From the IMG/VR virus record IMGVR_UViG_3300026557_000002, positions 33,154 to 97,153 of that record: 64,000 bases of DNA, one strand, 5' to 3'. Each line of letters opens with the position of its first letter. Position 1 is the stretch's first letter. This document shows, piece after piece, positions 1 to 8,890 of this stretch. The translations under genes and the position numbers were made by a program. The notes under the pieces were generated by a model. It saw only the letters and a list, made by a program, of their open reading frames with translations, made no database searches and was not told the origin of the DNA. Source of the DNA: a virus.

Positions 1-83
1 TGGAGCAGTACTGGATGCGAGATCGCCAGATGTTGGCGGGTACACTTCGTACGCAACAGGCGGCCCAGAGTCGCGGAGTTTAA
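1..83 (+). CDS. 3' end of upstream virion gene (partial)
   Basis: Open frame ...EQYWMRDRQMLAGTLRTQQAAQSRGV* ending TAA at 81-83, just upstream of the tail gene. Confidence 0.6.
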   Translation, partial: EQYWMRDRQMLAGTLRTQQAAQSRGV

Positions 84-131
84 GTTTCGCTATTTGTAAC
101 CTGAAGTAAATCATAAAAATTTCGGAGCATC

Positions 132-3100
132 ATGCCAGGTTTGTTGCAACAAGCTGGAGCTCAACCCCAGAAACAACCCAAGTGGATTCCATTATTCATC
201 GACAGATCGATGACTGGGATTTACACGCAACGCAACCCGCTGCATGACCCTTCCGATACCGTTACTGCTAAGTACTACGGAGGCAGACCAGACGCGCTTT
301 GGATGGGTTCGAATATTGAACTCACGAATCGCTTGACCCTTCAGCGCCGCCCAGGATTGATTCCATTCTCCACCGATTTGTATCCGACTGCACCGAACAG
401 AACTTTCGCTTTTGAATTGACGGATGGAACGATTCGCGTAGTCGTGGATTCGGGTTCAACTGGCGTGCTGGCAATTACATCCGTGGGAACCGCTAGCGGA
501 ACCACAACGTACACTGGCGTGTTTCCTGCGGCCGCTCTCAACGCGTATGCAAACCTGATTGTTCAGATCACTGGGTTCGTTACTAATCCGTCTAACAACG
601 GGACCTATACAGTTGTCTCGTCTACCGCGACAACTCTGACCGTAAACAACCCGAACGGTATTGCCGAGACCCATGCTGCGACCGCGATATCTGCGGGTGC
701 TGTCTATTGGGATATACAAAATGGTCAGACGACTTTACTTTTTGCAAAGTCCCCAGGTGCGGGCCAAACTTATTTTGTCGCAGTCAATGGCATCCTGTAT
801 ATGGGCGACGGCGTTGATACTAAAGTTTGGGTACCGTTGAATACTGGTCCGAACGGGACCATTTTCGGATTCGGTCTACCTACGCCTACGGTAGCTCCGA
901 CTGTTGTGATTACAGAAAGCGGATCCGCCTCGGTTGCATGGATCGCATCTACTGTATTCTCAACGATGGGTTTGGTATTTGATTCCGGAACCGGAGATAT
1001 GTTCCAGCTTCAATCTGTCAACGCGTCCACAACGAACACTACGCAAGTCGGCACTAGCGGCTCGGGACAACCACCGTGGAATCAGGTCCCGGGTGGAACG
1101 ACCGCAGACACAACTGGCGGCGGAAACATCACTTGGACAAACAAAGGCCCTATCGTCGCGTGGACCGCGAACACCGTTTACAACAACGGCACCGTGGGCG
1201 GAACGCTTGTAAATCCCTGCGTCATATTTGATCCGGTCACGAAGGCCGTCTATATTCAATCTTCCGCCGCAGCCAACGGCACCAGCGGACACACAGTTCC
1301 GACATTCAAGAAGGCTCTAGGCCAGCACACGAACGACGGAAGCTGTGTATGGATTTGGATCGGGCCCGGAATCGCAAACGCTGGTTTGGCTCCGTGGCTT
1401 CCTAGCACGGCATATCCTAAGGTCGGAACAGTTTCAAACAACGACGCCGCTACAGGCATCGTAGAACCTAGCGGCTTGACTGCGGGCCTTCCAGCCGCAC
1501 CAACGATTTTATACTTTCAAGCCTCCGGCGGAGGCACTTCCGGTTCAGGTTATACGCCATTTGGAACATCGGCATTGGCTGCGGGTACGTTGGTTACGGA
1601 TAACGATTTAGTCTGGATGAGTCTGGGATCATTTACTTGGACGGGTACGACGGCATTTAGTGCTTGGTCAGCCAATGGTACGCCGTTCTCCGCTATCGTG
1701 GATTCAAATAACAATTATCAGATCTGCATTCAGACTGGCGTTTCAGCCGGAAGTCAACCAACCTGGGGGATAGGTTACGGTGTTACTACAAATGACGGAA
1801 CCGTAGTCTGGGTCAACGCCGGGGACGCGATGACTTGGGCCACGAATACGAAGTGGTTTCTGCCTACGCAAGGATTTTTTCCTCCGACTGGAGCAACACC
1901 ATTTGGTGGCGCGAGCATTATTGATACCAATGTTCCCCCAGACGTGGAATTCGTTGTCAACAGCGGTAAAAGCGGTGCCGTTCAGCCGACGTGGGGCGCG
2001 ATAGGAACCTATCTGGATGATAACGGTACTAGCTTCACGCTAAGTCAGGTAACTGTTAGCGGGACTACTACAACTTACACAGGAGTAGGTTTAGCTGGCC
2101 TCAGTGGTCAACAGTTGATTATTTCTGGATTCACAAACGCTGGAAATAATGGCTACGTGGTCGCACAAGCGGGCGCTACATCGACAACATTTACTGTTAC
2201 GACCACGAGCCAAGTTAACGAAACGCATGCAGGCGTCGCGAAGAATGGATTGATTTGGTTTAACGAAGAAGCGTTTAGCGCGCAGTCTTTGGCTTTTACG
2301 AAAGGTTACTCGTACGCGTATTCGTATAAGTCCAGATCACTGACAGACTTTTATTCGGTTAATGTCCCGGGAACATCTCAGCCGCCGATTCCTCCTGGGT
2401 TATCTGCACCGCTTCCGGCTCCGACTGGCAGTTTGACGGGCGATGTCTCAAGTGCGTCCCCGGCTACCGTGACTCCGGCAGGGCCAAATCCTGGTGCAGT
2501 CCTGACAATCTCCGGACCTGTTTCAAGTAATCCTGCGGTCGATACGATTGTTATCTGGCGCTCAGCCGATGGCGGCGGTACTCCTAATATGTTTGAGTTG
2601 ACTGAGATTCCTAACAGCCCAAATGCTGGAAACGGCCAATGGTCGTTTAGAGACTTTCTTCCGGATACTCCAACCACAATAGGCGGAGTTAGCTATCCTG
2701 GTTTGAATGAGTTGATAGATGCACCGATTAACGGTGTCAATAACCCGCCACTATCGGGTTTTTTGCCGATGGCTTACAACTTTACCCGAATTTGGGGATC
2801 GGTTGGCAGCACCGTTTATTTTAGTGGCGGCCCAGACACGATAGCTCTAGGAGCAGGTAATCCTAACTCGTCATTTAATATTGCAGACAATCTGCCGTTT
2901 TTGGCAACCGTAGTTCGGTTAGTCAAGACCCCGCAAGGTCTTGTGACCTTTTTGACAGACAGCATTGAAATTATCGCCGGTGGACCTGCTACGGGATCGT
3001 TTTATTCTGTCACCTTGGCACCCGGAATCGGTCTTGGAAATTACAACGGTCTGGATGTCTACATGGGAGAGATGTTCTTCTTTTCCGCAGACAACCAATT

Positions 3101-3848
3101 GATGCTCTTGAGCCCGAGTTTGAACGCGTCTACATTCGGATTCGCTTTAGGAGATCAGTTCGCAAATCAGCCCTCCTCAGGTGTATCAGACACGACTTGG
3201 AATCCAGCAACCGCATATGTCGCTGTTCTGCAATCCGGCGTTGATAATGCGTTATTCGTTGGAGATGGTGCGACAGGATGGTATCGTTGCAATCCTCACC
3301 AAGTTCCGGGAGCAGGACAAGGCCCGCAACCGGTTTGGAGCCCGTTCGCCAATATCACGGGCGGCGCGAAGATGCTGTACACGACCGAGGTTCTGCCGGG
3401 CATTAAGAAATTGCTCGTAGGATCTCCGAGTCCGAACAAACAGATTCTTGAGCGCAGCTTGACCACGTTTACGGATAACGGTACGCCGTACGGCGCGTTC
3501 TTCATTATGGGTAGCATTATGTTGTGCCATCCAGGCGAGCTCGCTTTGCTTAAGTTTATAGAATTGGATATGAGCGGAGTCAATTATCAGCCGACGGTTT
3601 CTTATTTACTGAACGAGATCAGTGGAGTTTTTACGCCATTTACACGCGCGCCACAAATGGATCCTCCCTCCATCTATGGGACAACGACAGTGGCAGCATC
3701 GTATTCTCCGAGCCGATACTATTTTCTAGGAAATGCTAGTCTGGCGAGAGCCCGCCATATGCAGATACGCGTAGATTTAGGAACCACAACGACTGGAAAC
3801 GAGGTTTTTAACCTTACTTTGTGCGGTAGAATTATGGTGGAGACGTAA
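132..3848 (+). CDS. Large tail protein (tail tubular B / P22 gp10-like) with inserted repeat domains
   Basis: 1238 aa, Thr/Gly/Ser rich; beta-rich C-terminal region; internal W-x-A-x-T...G-x-S-G-x3-P...D-x3-4-W repeats; precedes GNAT-like and ejection genes as in podoviruses. Confidence 0.7.
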   Translation: MPGLLQQAGAQPQKQPKWIPLFIDRSMTGIYTQRNPLHDPSDTVTAKYYGGRPDALWMGSNIELTNRLTLQRRPGLIPFSTDLYPTAPNRTFAFELTDGTIRVVVDSGSTGVLAITSVGTASGTTTYTGVFPAAALNAYANLIVQITGFVTNPSNNGTYTVVSSTATTLTVNNPNGIAETHAATAISAGAVYWDIQNGQTTLLFAKSPGAGQTYFVAVNGILYMGDGVDTKVWVPLNTGPNGTIFGFGLPTPTVAPTVVITESGSASVAWIASTVFSTMGLVFDSGTGDMFQLQSVNASTTNTTQVGTSGSGQPPWNQVPGGTTADTTGGGNITWTNKGPIVAWTANTVYNNGTVGGTLVNPCVIFDPVTKAVYIQSSAAANGTSGHTVPTFKKALGQHTNDGSCVWIWIGPGIANAGLAPWLPSTAYPKVGTVSNNDAATGIVEPSGLTAGLPAAPTILYFQASGGGTSGSGYTPFGTSALAAGTLVTDNDLVWMSLGSFTWTGTTAFSAWSANGTPFSAIVDSNNNYQICIQTGVSAGSQPTWGIGYGVTTNDGTVVWVNAGDAMTWATNTKWFLPTQGFFPPTGATPFGGASIIDTNVPPDVEFVVNSGKSGAVQPTWGAIGTYLDDNGTSFTLSQVTVSGTTTTYTGVGLAGLSGQQLIISGFTNAGNNGYVVAQAGATSTTFTVTTTSQVNETHAGVAKNGLIWFNEEAFSAQSLAFTKGYSYAYSYKSRSLTDFYSVNVPGTSQPPIPPGLSAPLPAPTGSLTGDVSSASPATVTPAGPNPGAVLTISGPVSSNPAVDTIVIWRSADGGGTPNMFELTEIPNSPNAGNGQWSFRDFLPDTPTTIGGVSYPGLNELIDAPINGVNNPPLSGFLPMAYNFTRIWGSVGSTVYFSGGPDTIALGAGNPNSSFNIADNLPFLATVVRLVKTPQGLVTFLTDSIEIIAGGPATGSFYSVTLAPGIGLGNYNGLDVYMGEMFFFSADNQLMLLSPSLNASTFGFALGDQFANQPSSGVSDTTWNPATAYVAVLQSGVDNALFVGDGATGWYRCNPHQVPGAGQGPQPVWSPFANITGGAKMLYTTEVLPGIKKLLVGSPSPNKQILERSLTTFTDNGTPYGAFFIMGSIMLCHPGELALLKFIELDMSGVNYQPTVSYLLNEISGVFTPFTRAPQMDPPSIYGTTTVAASYSPSRYYFLGNASLARARHMQIRVDLGTTTTGNEVFNLTLCGRIMVET

Positions 3849-3856
3849 AAATCGTC

Positions 3857-3886
3857 TTGACAAAGCGATTAGTTTTGGGATACAAT
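3857..3886 (+). promoter_or_regulatory. sigma70-like promoter
   Basis: TTGACA-N18-TACAAT. Confidence 0.55.
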
Positions 3887-4243
3887 ATTACTAAGGGCGG
3901 AGACGGCGGTCCCGGCTGGCAAAAAGGTAGAAAACTGTCTGTTGAGACTAAAAAAAAGTTAAGTGACATAAATCTCGGAGAAAATCATCCGAAATGGGGC
4001 ACGAAAGACTCTTTAGAAACAAGAAAGAAAAAGAGATTCGCTTCTTTAGGTAATAAATCAAATACGGGTAAGAAATTTTCAACTAGCCACAAAAGTAAAA
4101 TAGGCTCGGCACAACAAGCCGCTTGGGATGGTTATAGCGCCAAACAAAAACTAGAAAGAGGAAAAGCCATGTCTCTCGGTTGGGCGCGCCGTCGCGAGAG
4201 ATTAAAGAAAGGAAAATGCAAGAAGATAAGCCAAAGACAATAG
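3857..4243 (+). pseudogene. Truncated GIY-YIG/NUMOD3 homing endonuclease remnant
   Basis: GYNITKGG followed by three NUMOD3-like motifs (GRKLSVETKKKLS, GTKDSLETRKKK, GKKFSTSHKSKIG); no GIY-YIG catalytic N-terminus; AT-rich. Confidence 0.7.
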
Positions 4244-5328
4244 CAGAGGAAGCCGGCCTACCCGAAAACTGGGTTCCCAAGGACTCTGCACCTATCATCC
4301 CCGGCGCGCCCTCATCGGATCAGCAACAAGGCCCGGGTTCGTATTTTGCCGGTCCCTTATCTTCTAACTTGCAACACGATGCTGCTTTTTATAAAACAAG
4401 ATACGGCGGCTCAGGTGCTCCAGAATTTCCTTTGATGCCTTTGGCGCCATCCGGAAATCCGTCAGTCAATGCCGGTACGACTAGCATCATTAAGAATACA
4501 CAAGTCGTTGAAGGTCCAGGCGTCCTTTTTGAGACAAACGGGATCAAGGATCCGACTCAAAATCTTAAGAACTTTATTGCTGGTACAGGCATAACTATTA
4601 ACGAAGATAACGTCGGGAATAAAACGTTCGCGGCTACCGCTCAAGTGTCTACTCCGTCTATTCCTCTTCCGAATAGTGGCCTTTATTTCGAAGCTAGAGC
4701 GATTGTCGGTCAGACTGGGCTTCAAACTATTGGAGACGCTTCTACTGCTGTTACCAGCGGAGGAACGGTTGCTATAAGTAACGGAGCTTTTCCTGTTTCT
4801 AACTTGGGCGTGGCTATTCCTGTAGCCGTAGCCAGTGGAGCAGGTTCGGCTTATGCCGGTTGGACACCTATAAATATTGCCAACAACGCCAACGGCATAT
4901 TTAGAGCCGGGCGTAATTGCCGGTACCAAGCACGTATTGCGACTCAATCTCTGGCATCCGTCATAACTTTTTTGGGATTCTCAACAGGCGACCCGTCAAC
5001 TCTCCGGACTTTCCCTTTTGTTGGCTCGAATCATTATTTAGGGCTGTATACTCCCGGATTAGGTATCACGGACAATTGGCATGCCACCATCAATGGGTCA
5101 TCCGTTGATACCGGGGTACCGATTACGACCGGAAGTACGTTCGTGGAAATCGTGATGAATGACATCGCCAACACTACATCATTTTCTGTGAATGGCGGCG
5201 CTCCCACAGTCATATCCGGGTCAAATCCAAGCGGGTTTAATTGGTCTCCAACGATAACCTTTGCGGTGAATGGCAGCTGCACAATAAATTTTGATATACA
5301 GTATTTCTATGCCCAGCAGGATTTTTAA
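4216..5328 (+). CDS. Virion protein, probable tail fibre/receptor-binding protein
   Basis: ATG at 4216 after AAAGGA; NFIAGTGITI fibre-like motif; beta-rich C-terminal domain. Confidence 0.55.
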   Translation: MQEDKPKTIAEEAGLPENWVPKDSAPIIPGAPSSDQQQGPGSYFAGPLSSNLQHDAAFYKTRYGGSGAPEFPLMPLAPSGNPSVNAGTTSIIKNTQVVEGPGVLFETNGIKDPTQNLKNFIAGTGITINEDNVGNKTFAATAQVSTPSIPLPNSGLYFEARAIVGQTGLQTIGDASTAVTSGGTVAISNGAFPVSNLGVAIPVAVASGAGSAYAGWTPINIANNANGIFRAGRNCRYQARIATQSLASVITFLGFSTGDPSTLRTFPFVGSNHYLGLYTPGLGITDNWHATINGSSVDTGVPITTGSTFVEIVMNDIANTTSFSVNGGAPTVISGSNPSGFNWSPTITFAVNGSCTINFDIQYFYAQQDF

Positions 5329-5759
5329 TGACTAGACTCGAAGCGATAACAGTAAACTATCTGGATAAAATTCAAACATGGATTCAGGCGGACCCGTTTC
5401 ATCGAGACAGTCCCAAGAATCAAGCCGAGGCACTTCTGACCGGTAAAGGGTTGTTGACGTTCCGCATCGTCGATGAAATTGGGGATGTGATGTTCGTTCG
5501 TCTGGATGCCGAACAAAATATGGTTCGGTGGTCGGCGCAATTCGGACCGCAAGAAGAAGTCAGTAAGCGGCGAGTCATAGGCGCGCTTCTGAAGGCGGCT
5601 ATTCCAGCGGTCTTGAAATTTAGTCAAGATAAGGGATATAAAGGCGTTGTGTACGAGTCCGTGAATCCTCCTCTGATACAGTTCATGAATAAGCAAGGAT
5701 TTAAATCGGTAGGCGGCGATGATTACGCGCTTATCTTCGAGGGCACATGTGCAGCATAA
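5328..5759 (+). CDS. GNAT-like acetyltransferase-fold protein (position of T7 gp13 / P22 gp14)
   Basis: 143 aa ending N-PPLIQFMNKQGF, a GNAT-type motif; lies between tail and ejection genes. Confidence 0.5.
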   Translation: MTRLEAITVNYLDKIQTWIQADPFHRDSPKNQAEALLTGKGLLTFRIVDEIGDVMFVRLDAEQNMVRWSAQFGPQEEVSKRRVIGALLKAAIPAVLKFSQDKGYKGVVYESVNPPLIQFMNKQGFKSVGGDDYALIFEGTCAA

Positions 5760-6439
5760 CTGATCTGTTCGGCGGACCGAGCAAACAAGAAGAAGGTTTG
5801 GCTAATCAGGCAGACTCGTTTTCCAATGTCCTGCGCGCGAACTACGGAACTGCCTTCGGCGAACAGCAAGATACGCTTAAAAATTTGAATAGCGAAATCA
5901 TGAAGATCGAGACCGGTCAAACAGGTACTGGATTTTCAGCTCAAGAATTAGCCGCCAAGAATACCGCTGCGATTAACTCTGCTGGAGCGGCATCCAGAAA
6001 TGCTCAACAAGCGATTGGAAACTTCACTGCCGGTGAAGGTGGCGGCGGGAGTTCTGGCATTGTATCTGGTGTTCAAGAGCAGTTAAGAGCTGGGGCAGCA
6101 TCATCCGCAGCCAATGAGTTAGCTTCCGCACAGAACAGCATAACCCAACAAAATTACCAGCAAGGTCGAGTTAATGCCGCACAAACAGTAGGTGGCCTCG
6201 AGAATCTAGCTCAGGAATACGGCGGAACAGCCGCTAGTGCTCAAGGCGGAGCCATTCAAGAGAATCAAGCGGCATTCGGTGACGCCGCAAAGATCCAAGA
6301 ACAGAAGAGTCAAATGCTGTCTCAAATTGGCGGTCTAGTGAAGAGCGGAGTCGGAATAGCATCTGGCGGTCTGTCGTCTTTGATTTCGCAGGTCAGTCCA
6401 AACGCGGATACAAGTTTTCTTGACGCGTTTTCGGGATAA
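5747..6439 (+). CDS. Small DNA ejection / internal virion protein
   Basis: Ala/Gln/Gly-rich helical protein with glycine-zipper C-terminus; synteny. Confidence 0.6.
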   Translation: MCSITDLFGGPSKQEEGLANQADSFSNVLRANYGTAFGEQQDTLKNLNSEIMKIETGQTGTGFSAQELAAKNTAAINSAGAASRNAQQAIGNFTAGEGGGGSSGIVSGVQEQLRAGAASSAANELASAQNSITQQNYQQGRVNAAQTVGGLENLAQEYGGTAASAQGGAIQENQAAFGDAAKIQEQKSQMLSQIGGLVKSGVGIASGGLSSLISQVSPNADTSFLDAFSG

Positions 6440-6447
6440 GAGGGGAT

Positions 6448-8889
6448 ATGGATTTTGATCAAAATAGTTTAGCGCAATTAGCGGAAGCGCCGCCTAATCT
6501 ACCGACGGCTGATGACATAGATTCGACGAAGTCTGCGACCGCAGCAAATATTGCACACGCTCTATCTCAATCAAGTCAAGCGCCTCCTCCGACCCCAAAC
6601 AACGTCGCACTGCCGACAGACGGCTCCGGTAGTTTTCAAGACAAGCTGGCTGCGTCTTTGAATAAAGCCAAGCAAGCTGCCGCGCAATCCGGACGAACGC
6701 CTAGTTGGGCTCAACTCTGGATGGGCGCCACGACAGACGCCCTTGCTACACCGCCGGCTGGTACAGCGCCCGCTTCCGGTGAGTGGGAAAGTGCTTTGGC
6801 AAATAGAGATGCAAGTCAGCCTACTCGCGGCTTGCCGCAACCTAAACCACGAGGACTCGGAGGTTTGGTTACGGACCAACTCGCTGATGCGGGTGCCGCA
6901 GAAGGCGGACACGGTCTTGTGGGCGGCTTTTTGAAAGCTGCAGCAGCAGGAAAGAAGAGAACGCAGGAAGAACAACAGAACGCTGTTGCTATGGCCTCCG
7001 CGAATGCCCAGTTGATTCACCAACAAGCCTTGGTTCATAAGATGGGCGAGGACGCGGTAGCCGAGCACGTCAAGGACGGGCAGGCGGGAGTAGACGCAAT
7101 CACAACGCCTCCTCCCGGCGGAGCTTCTGGAACCGTAGACTACAAAGACAAGACGTCTGACGAATTGAAGAAAATGATTACGCCGGATCCGACAACCGGT
7201 AAATCCGAAGTAGATATGTCCAAGCAGACCGTTTTTGCCACGGGCCGCAGACTAGTTGGCAAGGACGCGAACGGACTACCCCTGTATCAGACTACCTATA
7301 CCGTGGTGACTCCTGCGCACGAGGCGGTCGTACAGCCAGATACCGCGAAACTTCTTAACAAGTATGCGGGTACGAATTATCCTACCGAAGAGAAAGAGGG
7401 CGCCGCGAATAAAGGCCTCCAGGTTCTCCCAGGCGCGCAACTAAACCTCCAACTGCAGCAAGCCTATAACTCCCAAGCTAATGAGCAAAAGCGCGATACG
7501 GACTTGAAGAAGCACCAACTCGAGGTCGCAGACGTTAACTCGAATATCGCGGCCAAGACGATCGGGCAGAGTAAATTGGTGACGAACGCCCTTCAAGCAG
7601 CAACAGCTAGCCCGACTGACCCGTACGCTGTAGTCAAGGCGTACAACGCACTCAAGCTGAGCGGAAAATTTGACGACCCGTCCAGTGGTCTAGACGAAGA
7701 TGCGTACAAGATTTGGGCTGGTGGTGGCGGTAAGGACTCTGAGAAGAACTTTGAGAAGATGCAAGACAGCTTCGCCTCCCAGCAACAAAAGAACGCAGAT
7801 AGTATTCACAGCATCATCGACGAGGTTCGCAAGGACCCGACAAAGATCGAGGGACACGTCCCATCAGTCAAGGCTGCGGCTCAAAGCATTATGAGCGACC
7901 CGACTAAGTCGGCGCAAGATAAAGCGGCTGCGGCGCAGGTATTCGCGCAAGCGAAGTCTGTTGAATCTTTTGAACTCGAAATGGATGGAGCTAAGGAAAT
8001 TGCTAAAGACGAAGCTAAGCAGAAGGCCGCTCAGAGACAAGCGGCTTCCTCGAACCCGCAAGGACTGACCGGCGAGGCGTTCATCAAGACCTTACCTCCG
8101 GCCCGAGCTAATACGTTGCGCGCATTCGCGAACGGCTTGATGGTCTTGAACCCATCAGCTCTTGAGCGTACAGATAAAGGCCAAGCGTATTTGGATGACG
8201 TCTACGCAGCCTATCCTGACCTTGATTCGTCCAAGGCTCCGGCGTATGCTAAACTGCGCTCTAACTTCACATCCGGTAAAGAAGCCCAAGGTATTAATGC
8301 GGCTAACACATCGATTCACCACTTGAATCTAATGAGTCAGAATCTAGATACCGCCACTGCGGGTTGGACAGGTTCCGTTGAGCAATTCTTTGGAGGTAAT
8401 GCCGCAGGCCGAAAGGTTGCGGATGATGCAGCCGCAGTAGCTGGTGAATTAGGTAAATTGTATCAAGGCGGCGTTGTCGGAGAAGCTGAGGCAAAGAAGT
8501 GGCAAGAGAAGCTTAACCCGAACGCAGCGGGCATGACCATTAACAAGTTGAGAACTAACGTCCAGGAATTTACAGAACTTTTGGGCGGAAAACTTGAAGC
8601 CTTCCAAGAGCAGTGGGATGACGGCGTCCCGTCTAGATTCATCTCGGCTCCCAAGGCTATCGCGAGCCCAGAAAGCATCTCAGCTTATAAGCGCATGACG
8701 GGTAAAGATCTGAATGTCCATCCGACACAGACTCCCGCAGGCGGAAAGCCGGGCGATCTCCAAGTCCCCGCCGACCTCGCGGGCAAAGCTTCCGGATTGG
8801 CTCCGGGAAGCGACGGCAAGATGTATTTCCACGACGCTTCCGGAAAAATCTTGAGAGCGGCAAAGCCAGAGGAACTTCCTAAGGAATAA
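6448..8889 (+). CDS. Middle DNA ejection / internal virion protein
   Basis: 813 aa Ala/Lys/Gln-rich helical protein; synteny. Confidence 0.6.
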   Translation: MDFDQNSLAQLAEAPPNLPTADDIDSTKSATAANIAHALSQSSQAPPPTPNNVALPTDGSGSFQDKLAASLNKAKQAAAQSGRTPSWAQLWMGATTDALATPPAGTAPASGEWESALANRDASQPTRGLPQPKPRGLGGLVTDQLADAGAAEGGHGLVGGFLKAAAAGKKRTQEEQQNAVAMASANAQLIHQQALVHKMGEDAVAEHVKDGQAGVDAITTPPPGGASGTVDYKDKTSDELKKMITPDPTTGKSEVDMSKQTVFATGRRLVGKDANGLPLYQTTYTVVTPAHEAVVQPDTAKLLNKYAGTNYPTEEKEGAANKGLQVLPGAQLNLQLQQAYNSQANEQKRDTDLKKHQLEVADVNSNIAAKTIGQSKLVTNALQAATASPTDPYAVVKAYNALKLSGKFDDPSSGLDEDAYKIWAGGGGKDSEKNFEKMQDSFASQQQKNADSIHSIIDEVRKDPTKIEGHVPSVKAAAQSIMSDPTKSAQDKAAAAQVFAQAKSVESFELEMDGAKEIAKDEAKQKAAQRQAASSNPQGLTGEAFIKTLPPARANTLRAFANGLMVLNPSALERTDKGQAYLDDVYAAYPDLDSSKAPAYAKLRSNFTSGKEAQGINAANTSIHHLNLMSQNLDTATAGWTGSVEQFFGGNAAGRKVADDAAAVAGELGKLYQGGVVGEAEAKKWQEKLNPNAAGMTINKLRTNVQEFTELLGGKLEAFQEQWDDGVPSRFISAPKAIASPESISAYKRMTGKDLNVHPTQTPAGGKPGDLQVPADLAGKASGLAPGSDGKMYFHDASGKILRAAKPEELPKE

Positions 8890-8890
8890 G

